64,000 nt of DNA from positions 17,474,752 through 17,538,751 of the forward strand of contig OZ316898.1 of assembly GCA_973895155.1 (NCBI GenBank). Reading direction: 5' to 3'. The position numbers were made by a program, and so were the translations under genes. The notes under the pieces are model-generated. The model was not told where the DNA came from and searched no databases. It saw only the letters and a list, made by a program, of their open reading frames with translations. Source of the DNA: Marsupella aquatica (taxonomy: Eukaryota; Plantae; Marchantiophyta). Positions 1 to 13,557 of the stretch are shown one piece after another (within the stretch, counting starts at the first letter, position 1; each line of letters starts with the position of its first letter).

Positions 1-147
1 ATTCAGAGAAGGCCTTCTCAACGGTCCTTCGGATTTGGAACACCTGATGACGACCCTGTGATTATTAGTGTGACATTTGGAGGTGGCCGAAGAGATGGAG
101 AATGCTGCTGCCCCCAAAGCGGGGTGCAGAAGGAGCGAGGATGTCAT
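1..147 (-). CDS. OHP2: One-helix protein 2 (LHC-like, chloroplast), N-terminal part; gene continues off the left edge
   Basis: Manual translation from ATG 147: MTSSLLLHPALGAAAFSISSATSKCHTNNHRVVIRCSKSEGPLRRPSLN. A transit-peptide-like stretch is followed by IRCSxxEGPLRRPS, which matches the OHP2 N-terminus as I recall it. Probable 5'UTR intron 479..198 (GTAAGT...TTTGCAG). Confidence 0.7.
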   Translation of the reverse strand, partial: MTSSLLLHPALGAAAFSISSATSKCHTNNHRVVIRCSKSEGPLRRPSLN

Positions 148-489
148 CTTGCACGAACCAGAGCTATCCTTGCACGCGTGATCCCTCCCTCCGTTCCCTG
201 CAAATAAAAACAGTCCACAAATATCATTCACGGTGACAAAATCGGACTGGCGCATATCGAGACAATTCCTACCTTCTGCTATGGATAACACCAACTTGCC
301 ACTCAATTGCCCTCAAAACCCATCATCAATTGCTCTTCCATTACGATGATTGATACACACCACCACCACCGAAACCGCTCCTCTCGTCTGATTGGATCGA
401 CCTTTCGATCGACCCGCGACGCAACCACGCTGCACGCACCCAGAGAGGAGAGAGAGAGATGTCTCGAAAGGAGACTTACTGCAAGCTAC

Positions 490-1065
490 ACGGCCACCGG
501 ATGGCTGTCGTCCATAGCACCAACCGACCCACCCACCCAGCAAGCAAGCAAAGCACGCACGCACGCAAAACAAAGGCAGAGGAAGAAAGAGAAGACAAGA
601 GGGGAGGAGAGAAGAGACGACAGAGAGCAGAGGGCGACAGAAATCAGAGTGAAGCACACCACCGCTCAGTCGAGCAAATCAGCACCAGTCTCTCGGATGA
701 AAGTCGATGAAATCAGTCCGAGACGGAATTCGAGGCGATGGTGTGGCTCTGTTTGCTGGTTGCTGTGCGGGCCCCTCTCTGTGGATGAGGGCCTTGCTCT
801 GCGGTCTTGGCCACGTGTACTTTCTCTGACTGCTAATACAGCTTCTTCAGTCGTTTGGAAAGGTTAGACCAGGAAAAGTCGACGCGATGGAGTTGGGAGG
901 TCGACGCCATGGATGCTGAGTCGCTGAGAGGCACAGAGAGCGGAAGGGAGGACAGAAAGCTTGGCCGGTGGCGATGGCGATGGTGGAGGAGGAGGAGGAG
1001 GAGCATCCACGAACGGGAGCGATGGTCACACACGGCAAACAACAATGGATGGCGTCGCGGAGGAT
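490..1065 (-). repeat. Inverted duplicate of the DPH2 promoter/5'UTR region (partner 13066-14731); lies upstream of OHP2
   Basis: The reverse complement of 490-908 aligns nearly continuously with 14369-14731, 910-1045 with 13417-13557, and 1045-1065 with about 13066-13086. Confidence 0.9.
810..817. promoter_or_regulatory. G-box (GCCACGTG) upstream of OHP2
   Basis: CACGTG at 812-817; a canonical light-responsive element upstream of a probable photosystem-related gene. Confidence 0.45.
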
Positions 1066-1337
1066 GATGACGGTGCTTTTTTTTCTCCCAAACAACCCTG
1101 CCTAAGTGCACAGCCGATAAGTACAATCTACCTATTATTGGTATCTTTCTATCTATTACTGGACTATCTCTGGTGATGGACATTTTTTAGACTACTGTAG
1201 GGACGATCAGATATGCGTGTGCGCTGTGATATAAGTTAATTATTGTTCTTTCCAAATTGTAGCGCAATGTTATGTTATGTTATGAGCAATTACTCTAGAT
1301 TCTTTGTTTCCTTTAAAAACAATCTGAATACTGAAAA

Positions 1338-4300
1338 TGTTGAGGAATGATGTGGGAAATGATAATGAGATTCCTCTCTATAGAATGAATGGGTGCATCT
1401 CTTTATATAGTCTTCGTCCGAGTTATCCTATACGGTAACTATGGTTAAGGTAACCATGGAGTCTAGTTAGGGTATAACATTCCCCCTTGGCTATATAATG
1501 ATAACTATGTAGACAAAAAGTCTTCTAACTAGATTATCATGCTTATAAACATGGCATGATTTGAGTACAAATGAGGAAGGTACTGCCTCGTTAAAACCTT
1601 TAACAGCTTTAAAAAACTCTATCAGGGTAACAGAGAAAAAAAATATCTCAGCTCTAAAGGAAAAAGAGTACAGCCCTGTCGGTCCTCAAGTGAATCCGGT
1701 GGTATGTGGAGTTAACAGCAACAACTCCACTCCGTCAAAATGAACAAGTTGTCGTATGCTCAACGGCTCAACAACAACTCGACATGTCTCCAAATCGCTC
1801 ACCATCACGCATACATCCGCACATACATCCTCGCATCGAATACAATTTAAAACACATATGAAAAATGGTTAGTAATTAAGTTATTATCATAAAATCACTT
1901 GTTCGTGGCTCATCTGTGCAAAGTGTAAAGTATAATAATAAATAATGTCATCTCGTGCAACTGAGTGCGTAAAGTATGGGATGTAAAAAGTCCAAAAAAT
2001 ATGATCTCCCCCTCAAAACAAGGTTGCGAGGAATATATTATTCTCGTAAAACTCAAATATCGAAACTCTCCCTTAGAGTTCAAGGACTCCTAATTAGATT
2101 CTTAAATAGAGGGTTCTTGTGCAAAATGCACAATTCGCAAACGTGTGTAGTCTTCACACAAAGAAATCTCTCAACCTTAGATTTCAAAAAACATGTAGTA
2201 TCAAATAGTTTTTATGTGAAAAATAATCTGCAGCACCAAAGGGTGTGCATTCACAACACCAGCGGGTGTGTGTATAATATGGCACGTCTGCCCTGCACGT
2301 CTGCAGTTCTCATATTTTGACAAAAAGTGTCAAGTCAATATAACTTCACAAATAACCCTGTGGAATCCAAACATTCAGTCGAACGTCCATGTGTGTCATA
2401 GCACAGAGAAATGCTAGCTCAAAATGATTCGCTATCTTGCGGAGGTAAAGTGGTATTCATAAACGTCAAACAACTCCGCATAAAAATAGTTTAGAGCTAT
2501 TGATAGTCAAAAGATCCCACTTAATGACCAAGTACCAAAATGTACTCGTAGTGGGTAAATCAAGTGTGATTGGGGTTTGAGAAAATAAACTTTCTCCCCC
2601 TAAATATGCATTTTATGCATATATTATAGTTGAAAGCTAGAATTAAGTTGGACCGGACAAAGTTATGGGGTTTGCCCATATTAACCCCTCATTACTCATT
2701 CTGATTTGAGTTTACTTTGGGTTTCTAAATATTCGCAGTTAAACCCCTAAAGGGTTATTGATTATCCGCTTTTGGATATGGCCGGAAACTAAGGTCATGG
2801 AACTAACCTGAAGTACTGTACCTTAGATTATTCTGGATCTTTCGTGAGAAACATATCTGCCATCGATCACTGGATCTCAGAAAATCTATACCTTACCAAA
2901 ATACCTCAAAAACTAGGTCATAGAGCATGGTTAAAGGTATGGTATTAGTTCCATACTTAAAAACTATCATCCCACCAAACAATGGCTATAAAAGCTCTCG
3001 TTTGAGTTGTTTATGGTGTAAAGACCATGAGGATAAGACCCTTAAGTAAGATATTGCCCTAATGTAGGGTGTAAATGGGTGTAAACCCATGTCAATTGGT
3101 GTAAAAGTTGTAAATGGTCAATTTACACACAAAAAGTGTATGGACCAAAGTTTACTCCCCCTGATGGTGTAAATTGGTGTAAACCAGTGTAAATTCTATA
3201 AGCAAGTGTAATCTGGTGTAACCAGTGTAGACAAGTATAAACCCAATGTAAAGCATGGGATTATACAATGGTAAGACATACACCAGTGTAAACTGGTGTC
3301 ATGAGGTATAATCTAGGATGGTATCATTAGGTGTAAACTAGGGGTGTAAAATGATGTAAAAACCATTGTGTGATTGAAATGGGTGTAATAACCACTTTGT
3401 AAATGGAAAGTAGAGGTATTTGGTATAAAACCATTATTTCCAATGTGCAAAGTCAAGTAAGGGTGGTATGACATGTAAATATGTCAAATGCATGTAAAGC
3501 ATGTGTTGCACATGTAAGGCATGCTAATGTATGCAAATTCAACAAGTGACATGTAATTTCCCTAAACCAGTTGATGCATTTATGGATAGTTTTTCAAAAA
3601 TGAAGAATTTGCACTGAAACACATGGGATTCTCTTGTCTTTGGATAAGTGCACCCAAGCATTTGTATTTCAGAAACTCTTTACTATACTGTGCATTTAAT
3701 GAGGGTTGCACTTATCTGGTGTTCGAGTTTTTCTCGAGGATTTTGAGATTGAATGTTGCATGTTTAAGTCACTCATGTGTGTCTCTTGAAATCTCACTTG
3801 TCGCTTTGGCTCATTCTTTGATTGCGATCAGCTTCTCAGGCTCATTCTTGGACAGGCACAACATTCCATATTTAGGATTCAGAAAATGCTATCAGATCTA
3901 GACCCCACAACGATGATTCATTTCTTTCGCTGGATGCCATCTCCCATACGTTCACAACCAAAGCCAAGATGTTCTTACTCCACGACATTTGCTTCTATCT
4001 TCTCCAATTTGATACGACTGTATCAAATGGCTCTTATTGGAATCTTCATTGAATCAGCAAACGACCAATTCAACATCCATGTTTGGCCTCTTGTAATGCA
4101 TGTACTTCACTCGATCGTGTGTAATGGGCATTTACTTTCATCCTTTATGGCTCGCAGATCGACCAACAAGAAACTGTCAGCGGTTGAGAAACATTGTAAA
4201 ATTCAGGGAAAGAGAAGGCGCCTGCGTTCGTCCCTTATGAGGTTAGGGTTTTGAAAAAATTTCTTATGATCCCGATCGGGTCCTGATTTTCTCTCGATCC

Positions 4301-4869
4301 ACCCGGCTTCAACTCATCGCCTCGAGTGATTTAGGTTGATCTGGCCTGGTTGGGTAGAAGGAAGCAGCGCGGCTGAACTTGATCTCTCTTGCCTCAGCCA
4401 TAGCTTTCCACTTGACTCAAATCATTGCCTTGAATACTGCTTTCCCACACGATCTTCAGAATCACCCTTCAAAACAAAATTTCTTTTGATCATATCACAG
4501 CCTTCATAAGCTTGCTCTCGGCGCGACCACAATGCTACATCCTGTCGTTGCTTCAACGTGACTCATGTTCTCTTGGTGGTTCAAACTACTAGCCTTCTCA
4601 CTCCCAATTCAATTATCCTCCATAACTTGGAAATCCTTAAGAGAACATTCATTCATCATAGCCATAGAGAAATTCCTAAAAAAAATTCATGATCAAGCTC
4701 AACTGGTCTAGAGTCGTGCTGATAACGTGTTGAAGAATGATGTGGGAAATGATAATGAGATTCCTCTCTATAGAATGAATGGGTGCATCTCTTTATATAG
4801 TCTCCGTCCGAGTTATCCTATACGGTAACTATGGTTAAGGTAACCATGGAGTCTAGTTAGGGTATAACA
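1338..4869 (-). mobile_element. Non-autonomous LTR retroelement with 142-bp LTRs
   Basis: LTRs at 1338-1479 and 4728-4869 (TG...CA, 2 mismatches). TSD GAAAA at 1333-1337 and 4870-4874. PPT complement TTCCCCCTT just inside the left LTR. tRNA-like PBS at about 4696-4727. No recognisable gag/pol ORF. Confidence 0.9.
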
Positions 4870-7599
4870 GAAAATTTATAATTGTTTCGCATAAAAATGC
4901 TTGGAAGATCCTAGATTATACATTTTAAATTTCATATGTATATTGAGACGTCAATTGTACAAGAAATCCTTTATATGAAATTGAGACGTCAATTGTACAA
5001 GAAATCTTGAATCCTACAAGGACTTCTTCACATGGACTGGGTCCCTCAAAATGCTATGTGGGCATTATAGTTACGGACCCCACTAGAGGTCACTTCCAAA
5101 ATTTGAGACTCCACAGTGTGCCATGTCATCAAGACACACTGCAAACAGGTACGGATTGGTTTACAAAATAAAATTGATTCAACATTTGTGTCTGTGGCAT
5201 GATTTTGGTAAAATTGAGGACGCCATGCTGTAAACCTTGATGTAAAAATATTTGAAAAATAACCGTTTTATTTACCCTAGGTAACAGACTGTTCAATTAG
5301 TAGGAGATCCACCTTTCATGTTTTTACCCTGAGTAACCGATTGCCCACCACATTCTGAATTGTGTTTCAATTGAATAATAACTAAATCTCTCTCCATAAG
5401 TTGATCTGATGACAAAGTAATCGTGACAATTTTGTCGATCTTCTGTTGCCATGAAGGAAGAAGTGGACATGATTCTATGTTGGATCACTCAGCGCTCCTT
5501 TCCATGGCATCATCATTGCAGTTCCTAACTCAGTGATGCCTCTCGCTACTATTAGATTGTCCAACGCATGAGGCACGAGCGAACGAAAGAGAAGCAAGCT
5601 TAGCAGGGTCCAATAAGGGCCTTGTCTACGTGACTTTTCAATCTCAATACTATATAACACATTTATCTATATCAATAACTATCTACTTTTCAATCTCAAT
5701 CAAAATAGATGGGGGTCCACGAACTAAGTAGGGCCAAAGTTTTTGGAGTTTAGACTACTTCTCAAAGTGGGATTTTGAAATTACCTCTTAGGCTCTTCTC
5801 AGTCTTGCAGTATACTATGAAATGCACTACCTACCACCTTTTTTGGTCAGGAAACAGTCTAGTACTTTAAATGGATCTCTAGGTCAGGTACTATAAGACA
5901 CAAAAACAAATATGACGGGTCAAAGTTTTGCCTCTAGCTCTTCTGGATTTTCACTCAATTGAACATAACTAAACACACCTATGAATGCCCCCTCTTTTAG
6001 TGCCCTTCAAAATATATTTTGTGTCCTTTAAAAATCCTTATTATTTTAAAATATTAGCATAGACCTATTTACAGAGCCCTTTGAATCATTGTAACAGACC
6101 TAATTTGACATTGTATATAGCCTTTGCATGGTAGAAAAAACTGATTGTGTTCATACTTTGCTATGTTGGCCCTTTACTATGAACCAAAATTTACTCTATG
6201 CACAACTAAAAGTCATAAAACCGAGCATAAAACTGCCACATTGTAGCAATACAAGTTAGGATAATCATTTTATTTAATATATCACACTTATTATGGAGCT
6301 CCATGGGAAGTTTTTTCCAAAATCCTTGGAAGCACATGCAGTCACATCAGCACTATTGGTCACAAACAAAAATGGTTTGTTACGCAAAAAGCACCAAACA
6401 AGCCTGTGTGTGTTTGAACCAGTCATAGAAAAACAATTAGACCTTGTAATTGGAAAAACAATTAAAAACTGAAAAATAACATTTCAAATAAACAAAGAAA
6501 GGGGTGAAAATGGGATAAAAGGAAATAACCTTTGGATGGGTTGTGATTGATATCTCCGTGTTTTCCATTAGATTGTATGAGTTTTCTATTTAATTAGCAA
6601 TTTGGGGAATAACCATGAGTAAAAAGAAATTATTCAACTACTGTAACATTTACCAAGCTAACTTAGAAAACCATTATGTTAGTACTATGGAAAAAAGAAA
6701 CACCAAGGTAACATAGGAAACTCTTTAATAACTACTATGGATAAAGGAATACCAATATAATGTAATTAAGAAACCCTTTGGCTTCTATAGCATTTTGCAT
6801 GCACTTCTCCCATGAATAATCTACTTGTTTTTCCCTCTCATCTCCATATTCAAACCTAATCCATATGCAACTCTTCATGTGCTCTAACTTCATGTGCTCA
6901 TGGCAAATGACAGAGTCTTCTGATTAGGTCTTAGGTCTTTGAGCTCCTGGCTATGGAGTTCAGACTATAGCACAGTTTTTGCGCCACTGCGACTACCCTC
7001 CCGCACTCAGTTTTTCTCGGAATCCAGTTTTCTCAGTTGCATTAGCTTGCTCTTGCCGAGGCTCATCAAATCGATTTAAAACACGTCCAAAATGGTGTCG
7101 TATCGACATACTTATGGTCACATTCGTTTTCGCCATTTTTCAGTCGTTTTTCTGCGATTTTTGTCTTCCTTTCGACGGTCATATCTCGGTCAATCTTTCA
7201 CGGATTTCAGATTTCTCAAGTGCTTTGTATAGCTCTTCTCCGGGAGAATCAGATTGATCCCAAGAGCGGTCCAATTGGTCTCCTATTGCCCCGATTGGAC
7301 TTTGATTAGCTCTCATGTTTTTTCTTCAATTTCCACCGTTCTCACTTTCAATTAGCTTTGGGGTCTTGTAGCAGTTCCTCATTCACGGAATCCGGCATTC
7401 TCATGTGATTTGGTCAGCTCTTGTCCGGGAGTGCAACATTTATCCCTACCACGGTCCTTTTGGTGACATATCAACCACTTTCGGCTCCGATTACAATTCT
7501 GATTTACTCCTCCATTTTTGGTGACGGTTTTCCCTGATCAGCTTTGGAGCATTCCTGTCTTGCCACATTTCTCCTCCAATTGGTGGTTGCCTTTCTTCT

Positions 7600-10500
7600 T
7601 CAGTTCTGACAAGGTGGTTTTTGCCAAGTTTAGTGGACCAGTTTGCATTCCACCATCTTTGGGAGCTGTAGCAACACGCTCAAATCAGCGGAGAGATATT
7701 CACTCGCATCGACTCCTCAACGGACACATCGACGAGTGCTCCAGCTTTGTTCCCGGCTGTGCCTGCACGTGCTCAACGGTTTTCTAGGCTACCGGTGGCG
7801 CCGCTTCTCGGATTTTGACGCGGTGGGCTCTCTCCATAGCCTTCCCTTTCTTTTCACATGTCTTGGTTGGGCCTTTTGTCGTTTCTTGATGCACTTTTGC
7901 TTTTATCGGGTTGCGACCTGTCATGTCTACGTTGAGAGTGTTGGCGCGGGGCAAGCGCCCAGCCCCCCCACACAGTTCTCCCCCATCCTCCCCCCCGCCT
8001 CGTGGTCGCCTTTGTGTTTTCTCTTCTTCATTGGATCTCTCTCATCTTCGTGATGACCCCATGCCCGATGTTCTGCCAGTCCCCCCAGTCTACTGCCCAC
8101 CCCATCGACGCCCTGGCTCCTCTCCCCACCCCATTCCCCCTCCACCCCTCCAGCATCCCCCTCCGGCCTCTTCATCCACGTCGGTTCCCCCCCACCTCCT
8201 GTCCAGTCGTTCCCTGCTCCCTCCCCAGACGAGCGTCCCCTGCATACTTGTCCTGAGTGTGGCTGGGTTGGCCTCTCCCTTCCTCATCACCGCGGGCGGG
8301 GCCGGTGCCAACGTCGCCAGCAAGCACAATCCCAGCCCCAGCCCCCTCTTGACCCAGTTAGCTCTGCCCCTCCTTCCTTGGAGGCTTCCGAGCAGGCATG
8401 GAGTTGGGTTCGCTCTCCAGACCCCCTTCCAGCCTACCATCCAGGGTACATTAGACCTCGCCTTTATAACCACATCCCACTAGCGTTGCGCCCATTAGTT
8501 CGGTCATCCTTGTTGCAACTCATGCAGCTTATCTTGGCGCATCCTATCGAGGTCTCCTATTGGTCTTTACTCATGCTTTTTCCACAGTGGACTCTTACCC
8601 TCCCTAGTCACGGTGGTCGCGTGGGTCATCGTGAGACTGCCTCTCGTATCCATCGTTTTCTGCGGGGAGATTGGGAATAGCTTCAGGAAAAGTACTTTCT
8701 TCGAGCCTGTTCCTTTACTACCCGTGCTTTGTCTGACCCAGCTCGCCACTCTCATCCTCCAGAGCACAGACGCCTTCGTCACTCTTGTCGTTTAGCCCAG
8801 GCTGGTGAATATCGTCGTGCGGTCCAGGCCCTTTCTCCCACCACACCAGCCCCCCCTGGCGAGGTCACCTTGACGGCCCTTCAGGATCTCCATCCGCAGC
8901 CCTATGATCAGCTCCCTTTGTTCGTGGAGGATTTTGAGTCTGAGGAGGATCTTCAGTTTAGTAGAGACCACTTCACCTATGCTTTCCTCCATGCTCCGTG
9001 TTGCGCGGCTGGTGGCCCCTCTGGCTATGTCTTTGAGCATTTTCGTGATTTATTCCCCCCTGAGGATCCTCAGTCTGGTTTTTCAGTTTTCTTCTCCTTT
9101 TGCCAGTGCATTGCTGCCGGGCGTTTGCCTCCTCCCGTCTCTCGGCTTTTGAGTGCTTCTCGTTTATTGGCCATGGCTAAGTCTTCACCGGGTGTTCGGC
9201 CCATAGCTATTGGAGAGGTTTTTCTTCGTTTGGTGTCTCGCACACTTTCATCGCAGTATCGCTCTGCACTATCGGATCATCTCTCTCCACATCAGTTTGC
9301 AGTGGGCGTTCCTGGCGGTTGTGAGACAGTTATTGCGGGTATTCGTACTACCTTGGACCTCCACCCTGATTGGGTTGTCCTCCAGGTTGATGTCTCCAAT
9401 GCTTTCAATACGGTTTCTCGGGCAGCAATTTTTCGTGCTTTGAGGGCAGCGGATCCAGACATCCAGTCCCTTATCCCCTTTGTCTATTGTTTTTATGGGT
9501 TCGAGGCCCCCCTTTTCTATAGTCATCACACCTCTACAGGAGTGTATACCACTCTTTCTTCTACAGAAGGTACACATCAGGGTGACCCTTTGGGTGGGCC
9601 TCTTTTTGCCATTGCCCATTTTACTGCTTTACGAGAAGCCTTCGCGGCCCACCCCCAGTGTATCTTCCCCTCCCTTTCAGATGACACCCACATCATTGGT
9701 CCACCTGTTGCTGTTACTTCTGCCCTCGCCACCCTTTCCACCCATTTGTTGGGCCTCGGCTTACGAGTTCAGCCGGTGAAGAGTCGTGCATGGAGTCCAG
9801 CTGGGTTACCCTCTGATCTTGCGCTTCCCCCTGGGTTCTTATGTCCAGCCGATGGTCTTCGGGTCCTTGGCTCCCCAGTCGATACCGCCTCCTTTTGCTC
9901 ATCTTTCATTGCTGACGCTCTCCAGGCTGCCTTAGCCCCTACTCCTATGCTCCCTAAGTTAGCAGACTCTCAAGCAACATTTGGGTTGTTGTTGAGATCC
10001 CCCTACCGAGGATCTTTATCTACACCTCCGAGCGTTTGATGTCTCCATTCGTGAGACTTTGGCCTCTCTTTTAGGGCCAGGTACTTTACTCTCATCTCCG
10101 TGGCTTCATCGACAGCTCAGTCTTCCTATTTCTCACGGTGGTTTTGGGCTTACTTCCACTGAGCGCCTTGCACCTTTGGCCTTCTTGGGCGCGTGGGCGG
10201 CCGCCTTCTCATTGTTGGCAGATCGTTTCCTTATCGAGGATCAACCTTTTTTACTTTCATCTCTCATGGAGGTCGAGGAGGGTTCCCTCCCATTTCAGGT
10301 TCATTTGCGCACGGCGTGGTCATCATTACCCAATCCTATTCGAGCTGCGTTACCTTCATTCCAGGAGTTTTTATCCTTGGACCCCGTCCGTCTTTAGGCA
10401 GACCTTGCTGGGCGTATGCACGCTTTCACCCTTTCCAGCATCCTCACCGAGGCACCTGACACGGACCGAGCTCGGATTCTTTCTTCCGGAGGGAAGGGCG

Positions 10501-11500
10501 CAGGAGGCTGGCTTCAGGCCAATCCAGTCATTCCTCACCTGCGGATGTCTTCAACGGAGTTTGCGACAGCCATGCATCTTCGTATGGGCTTGCCCCACCC
10601 ACTTCTTGCTGGTTTACCTCCTACTTGCACTTGTGGGAAGCCTTGTGATGCCACAGGTGTCCATCTTCTTCGATGCAGTTTGGGCGGCGAAACCATTTTT
10701 GTTCACGATGTTGTGAGAGATGCGACTGCTCAGGTTCTCTCTGGCTCTTTGGTCTGCGCGCGGCGGGAGGTGGTGCTCGAGTTACCTGGTTCTCCATCAC
10801 AGCGGTTACGGGTGGATCTTACCATGGTCCGTGATGGTCACCGTACTTTGGCAGATGTAGTGGTGGCAAACCCATTGCGCCAAGACATCATTGGGACAGC
10901 GGCAACAACGGCAGGGGCAGCAGCATCACGAGCAGCAACAACGAAGGAGGCCAAATATGTTGCACGAGCTTCATCTGATAGCTTCCTGCCCCTTGCTCTT
11001 GAGATATTTGGGCGTCTCCATCATCAGTTCGACGGGCTTCTTCGCCAAGCTGCTCGGGATGTTCACGGCCGGATGGGTCCCACCGGGCCCCCGCTATCTG
11101 TTTTGACCACGCACTTTCACCAATGCATTTCAGTCACCTTACAGCGTGCTCAAGCTCGGGCCGTCTATCGTCGATCTCTGACAGTGGGTGCTAGTGTGAC
11201 TCCGCAGCGGCTAGCCCCCCTAGAGGACATTCCTGTCCCACTTGCCGATCTAGTTTCGACACTTGATGTAGACCACTAACTTGTTGCCACATTTGCTAGG
11301 TATGATGAGGACCTCGGTCCATTTGCGGTAGTTTTAGTTCCTCTTTCTTGGTTTTTAGGGGTTTCCTTTTGCTCACTTATTTTAGTTCCTCTTCTTGGTT
11401 TTTAGGGTTTCCTTTTGCTCACTTCTTTTGCGTTTGGTTTTGTCCACTTGGGACCTCTCTTGTTTATTCTTTTGTAATCTATTTGGCCTTTTTCTATAAA
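7600..11500 (+). mobile_element. CRE-like non-LTR retrotransposon (RT plus restriction-like endonuclease), degenerate; ends approximate
   Basis: RT motifs in 8729-10039: RPIAIGE, QFAVG..GGCE, DVSNAFNTVSR, QGDPLGG, SDD. CCHC finger (CTCG..HLLRC) and a PD-(D/E)xK-like RLE (RVDL..LADVVV..PLALEIFGRL) in 10416-11279. The ORF is broken by stops and frameshifts. Confidence 0.85.
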
Positions 11501-13089
11501 AAGTATGTGTATATTCATTCTAACTCAGTTGTTGAATGACATAAAACTTACATATCCAAGGGGTCCTTGAACTAATTAATACCCAAATATATATTGCCCT
11601 CCCACCAAAACTCACCCAAAATCTTTGCATGTCCAAACCCAAACTTGACAAAAAAATCCCAATAATAATCACATATGGAAGTGGACCAATTCCATGGTGA
11701 GACTGGGCATACCCATGTGAAATACCTTTCAAGAGAACTAATTGGGATATATTCTTGAAAACATACTGATTTCAATTGCTATAACTAGCACACCATATAA
11801 GGCGGTGCTATTTTATAAAGAATTATAGAAATAAATTGGAATGGGATTCAAAAAGCCCCTCCATGATTTGCACATGGGTCTTGCATTAGTTATGGTGAGG
11901 GCCTTGGGCTTGTAAAGCCCTAAATCTCTACATAGGCTTGGCAAGTGAACACACAATAGCCTGGGGGCTGTTATATGGTAGGCCATAAATGTGATATATT
12001 AAATAAAATATATCACAGGTATGGTCAATTTTTGTCCTCTCTTTCTTGTACAACCTGCTTAGCCCCTGGGGGCGGGGGTCACTTTTGCGGAAGTGAGACA
12101 TAACATGCAATGAGATATAGACCCATGTCATTGGGCTTGGCAGAATACATCCAAAAACTTTTATGAGAATAGACAGGGCATGTTTTATGTATTGCTCTGC
12201 CTTATAGAACAGTAGAGAGGCCTGTAAAATTGTAGAAGATTTGTTCAAAAGGCTAGTTAAGGATTAATTAAATAGAAAGTAAGTGGAATTAAAGAATGAA
12301 CGGGTGAGGCAATTTGTTTTTGCTTATACAATAGGGGGCCAAATTCTACACCATCACAAATGATGTAGCCTCAATAGAGTGACCCCGATCTAAAACTCCT
12401 ACAAAAGATAGCTTTAGTAAAAGACAAAAATATTGGTGACCGATCAGTTTTTGTCCTTTGGCTCTTGAACAATCTTGTTCTGACCCCTCAATAGGTTGTA
12501 ACACTTTTCCATTTGAATTCTCTTCTTCGTTTTTTAGGATTGCAATTTCTTTTCTTTTTCCTTGGTGTCTGTCCTCTTTGGCCCTATTTCCTTTCCTATC
12601 ATTGCCCTTTTTTTTCCTGATTTATGAATTTTGGCGGAAGTTTTCTTCCTCAATAGGTTTGGTACAACACAGAAACATGAGTAGGCCAATGGCCCCCTAA
12701 ATCCCTCAATAGGCTGCATTTGTTTCTTCTGACAAAGCTGTTTGCTGGGGGGGGGGGGGGCAGTGTTGGGTTGGGATGTAGTATGATGTAAGATTTACTA
12801 CATTGTCACACTTTTTAGTTTAATACTACTAGATTGTCTCCTTTTTTCATTGATGGTTCAACAAAGTCATCATTGTGCTCAATTTAACCTCAACACCCTC
12901 TATCCCCCTCAACCAGAGGGAGTGTGCTAGTTAGACACCTGGACATCTTTTTTTTTCCTCAACATCTTTTGTGCAACATCAGAGACATCAGGCTACTTTG
13001 GACACTTTTTTTCACCTCAACATCTTTTACACGCATTGAGCTACTGTAGTTCACAACTTAATTAGACCTCCGTGATGCCATCCATCCTT

Positions 13090-13414
13090 GGGGCTAGGTT
13101 CCATGGGGCTGGGAGTGAGGAGTGTGAATGGTGTCACAATGTTTAAGCCAATAAGATTGCAACTTTTCTAGGGACTGAGGGATCTTCAAATACCATAGTA
13201 GATAGCATGATTTTCCCTCACACTCCCCATTAAAACTTCAGGGGTACCCCCTACCCCTGTATAGGAACAATACAGGGCATTCTCATTGGCTCCTAAGTCA
13301 AGACTCATACATTTGAAATACTATACACAACTTAGCATATAGTGTATTTGGGCCCCAAGGGGTGTCAGAAAGAGTGATTGTACTCCTTGCCTCTGGCCCA
13401 TGGAACCTAGCCCC
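13090..13414. mobile_element. MITE with TIR GGGGCTAGGTTCCATGGG
   Basis: Perfect 18-bp terminal inverted repeats; absent from the paralogous segment near 1045. TSD unclear. Confidence 0.7.
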
Positions 13415-13557
13415 TTGGTTGCCATGTGTGACCGTCGCTCCCGTTTTTGGGTGCTCCTCCTCGTCCTCCCCCACCATCTCCCCACCACCATCGCCACTGG
13501 CCTTGCTTTCTGTCCTTAGTTCCGCTCTTTGTGCCCTTCAGTGTCCATGGCCTTGAC

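Noticed and set aside
307-1183. Several overlapping ORFs of 70-186 aa
   Set aside because: Low-complexity promoter/UTR sequence; the frames are not preserved in the duplicated copy at 13066-14731.
4696-4727. tRNA gene
   Set aside because: Only a half-tRNA-like stretch next to an LTR; interpreted as a primer-binding site.
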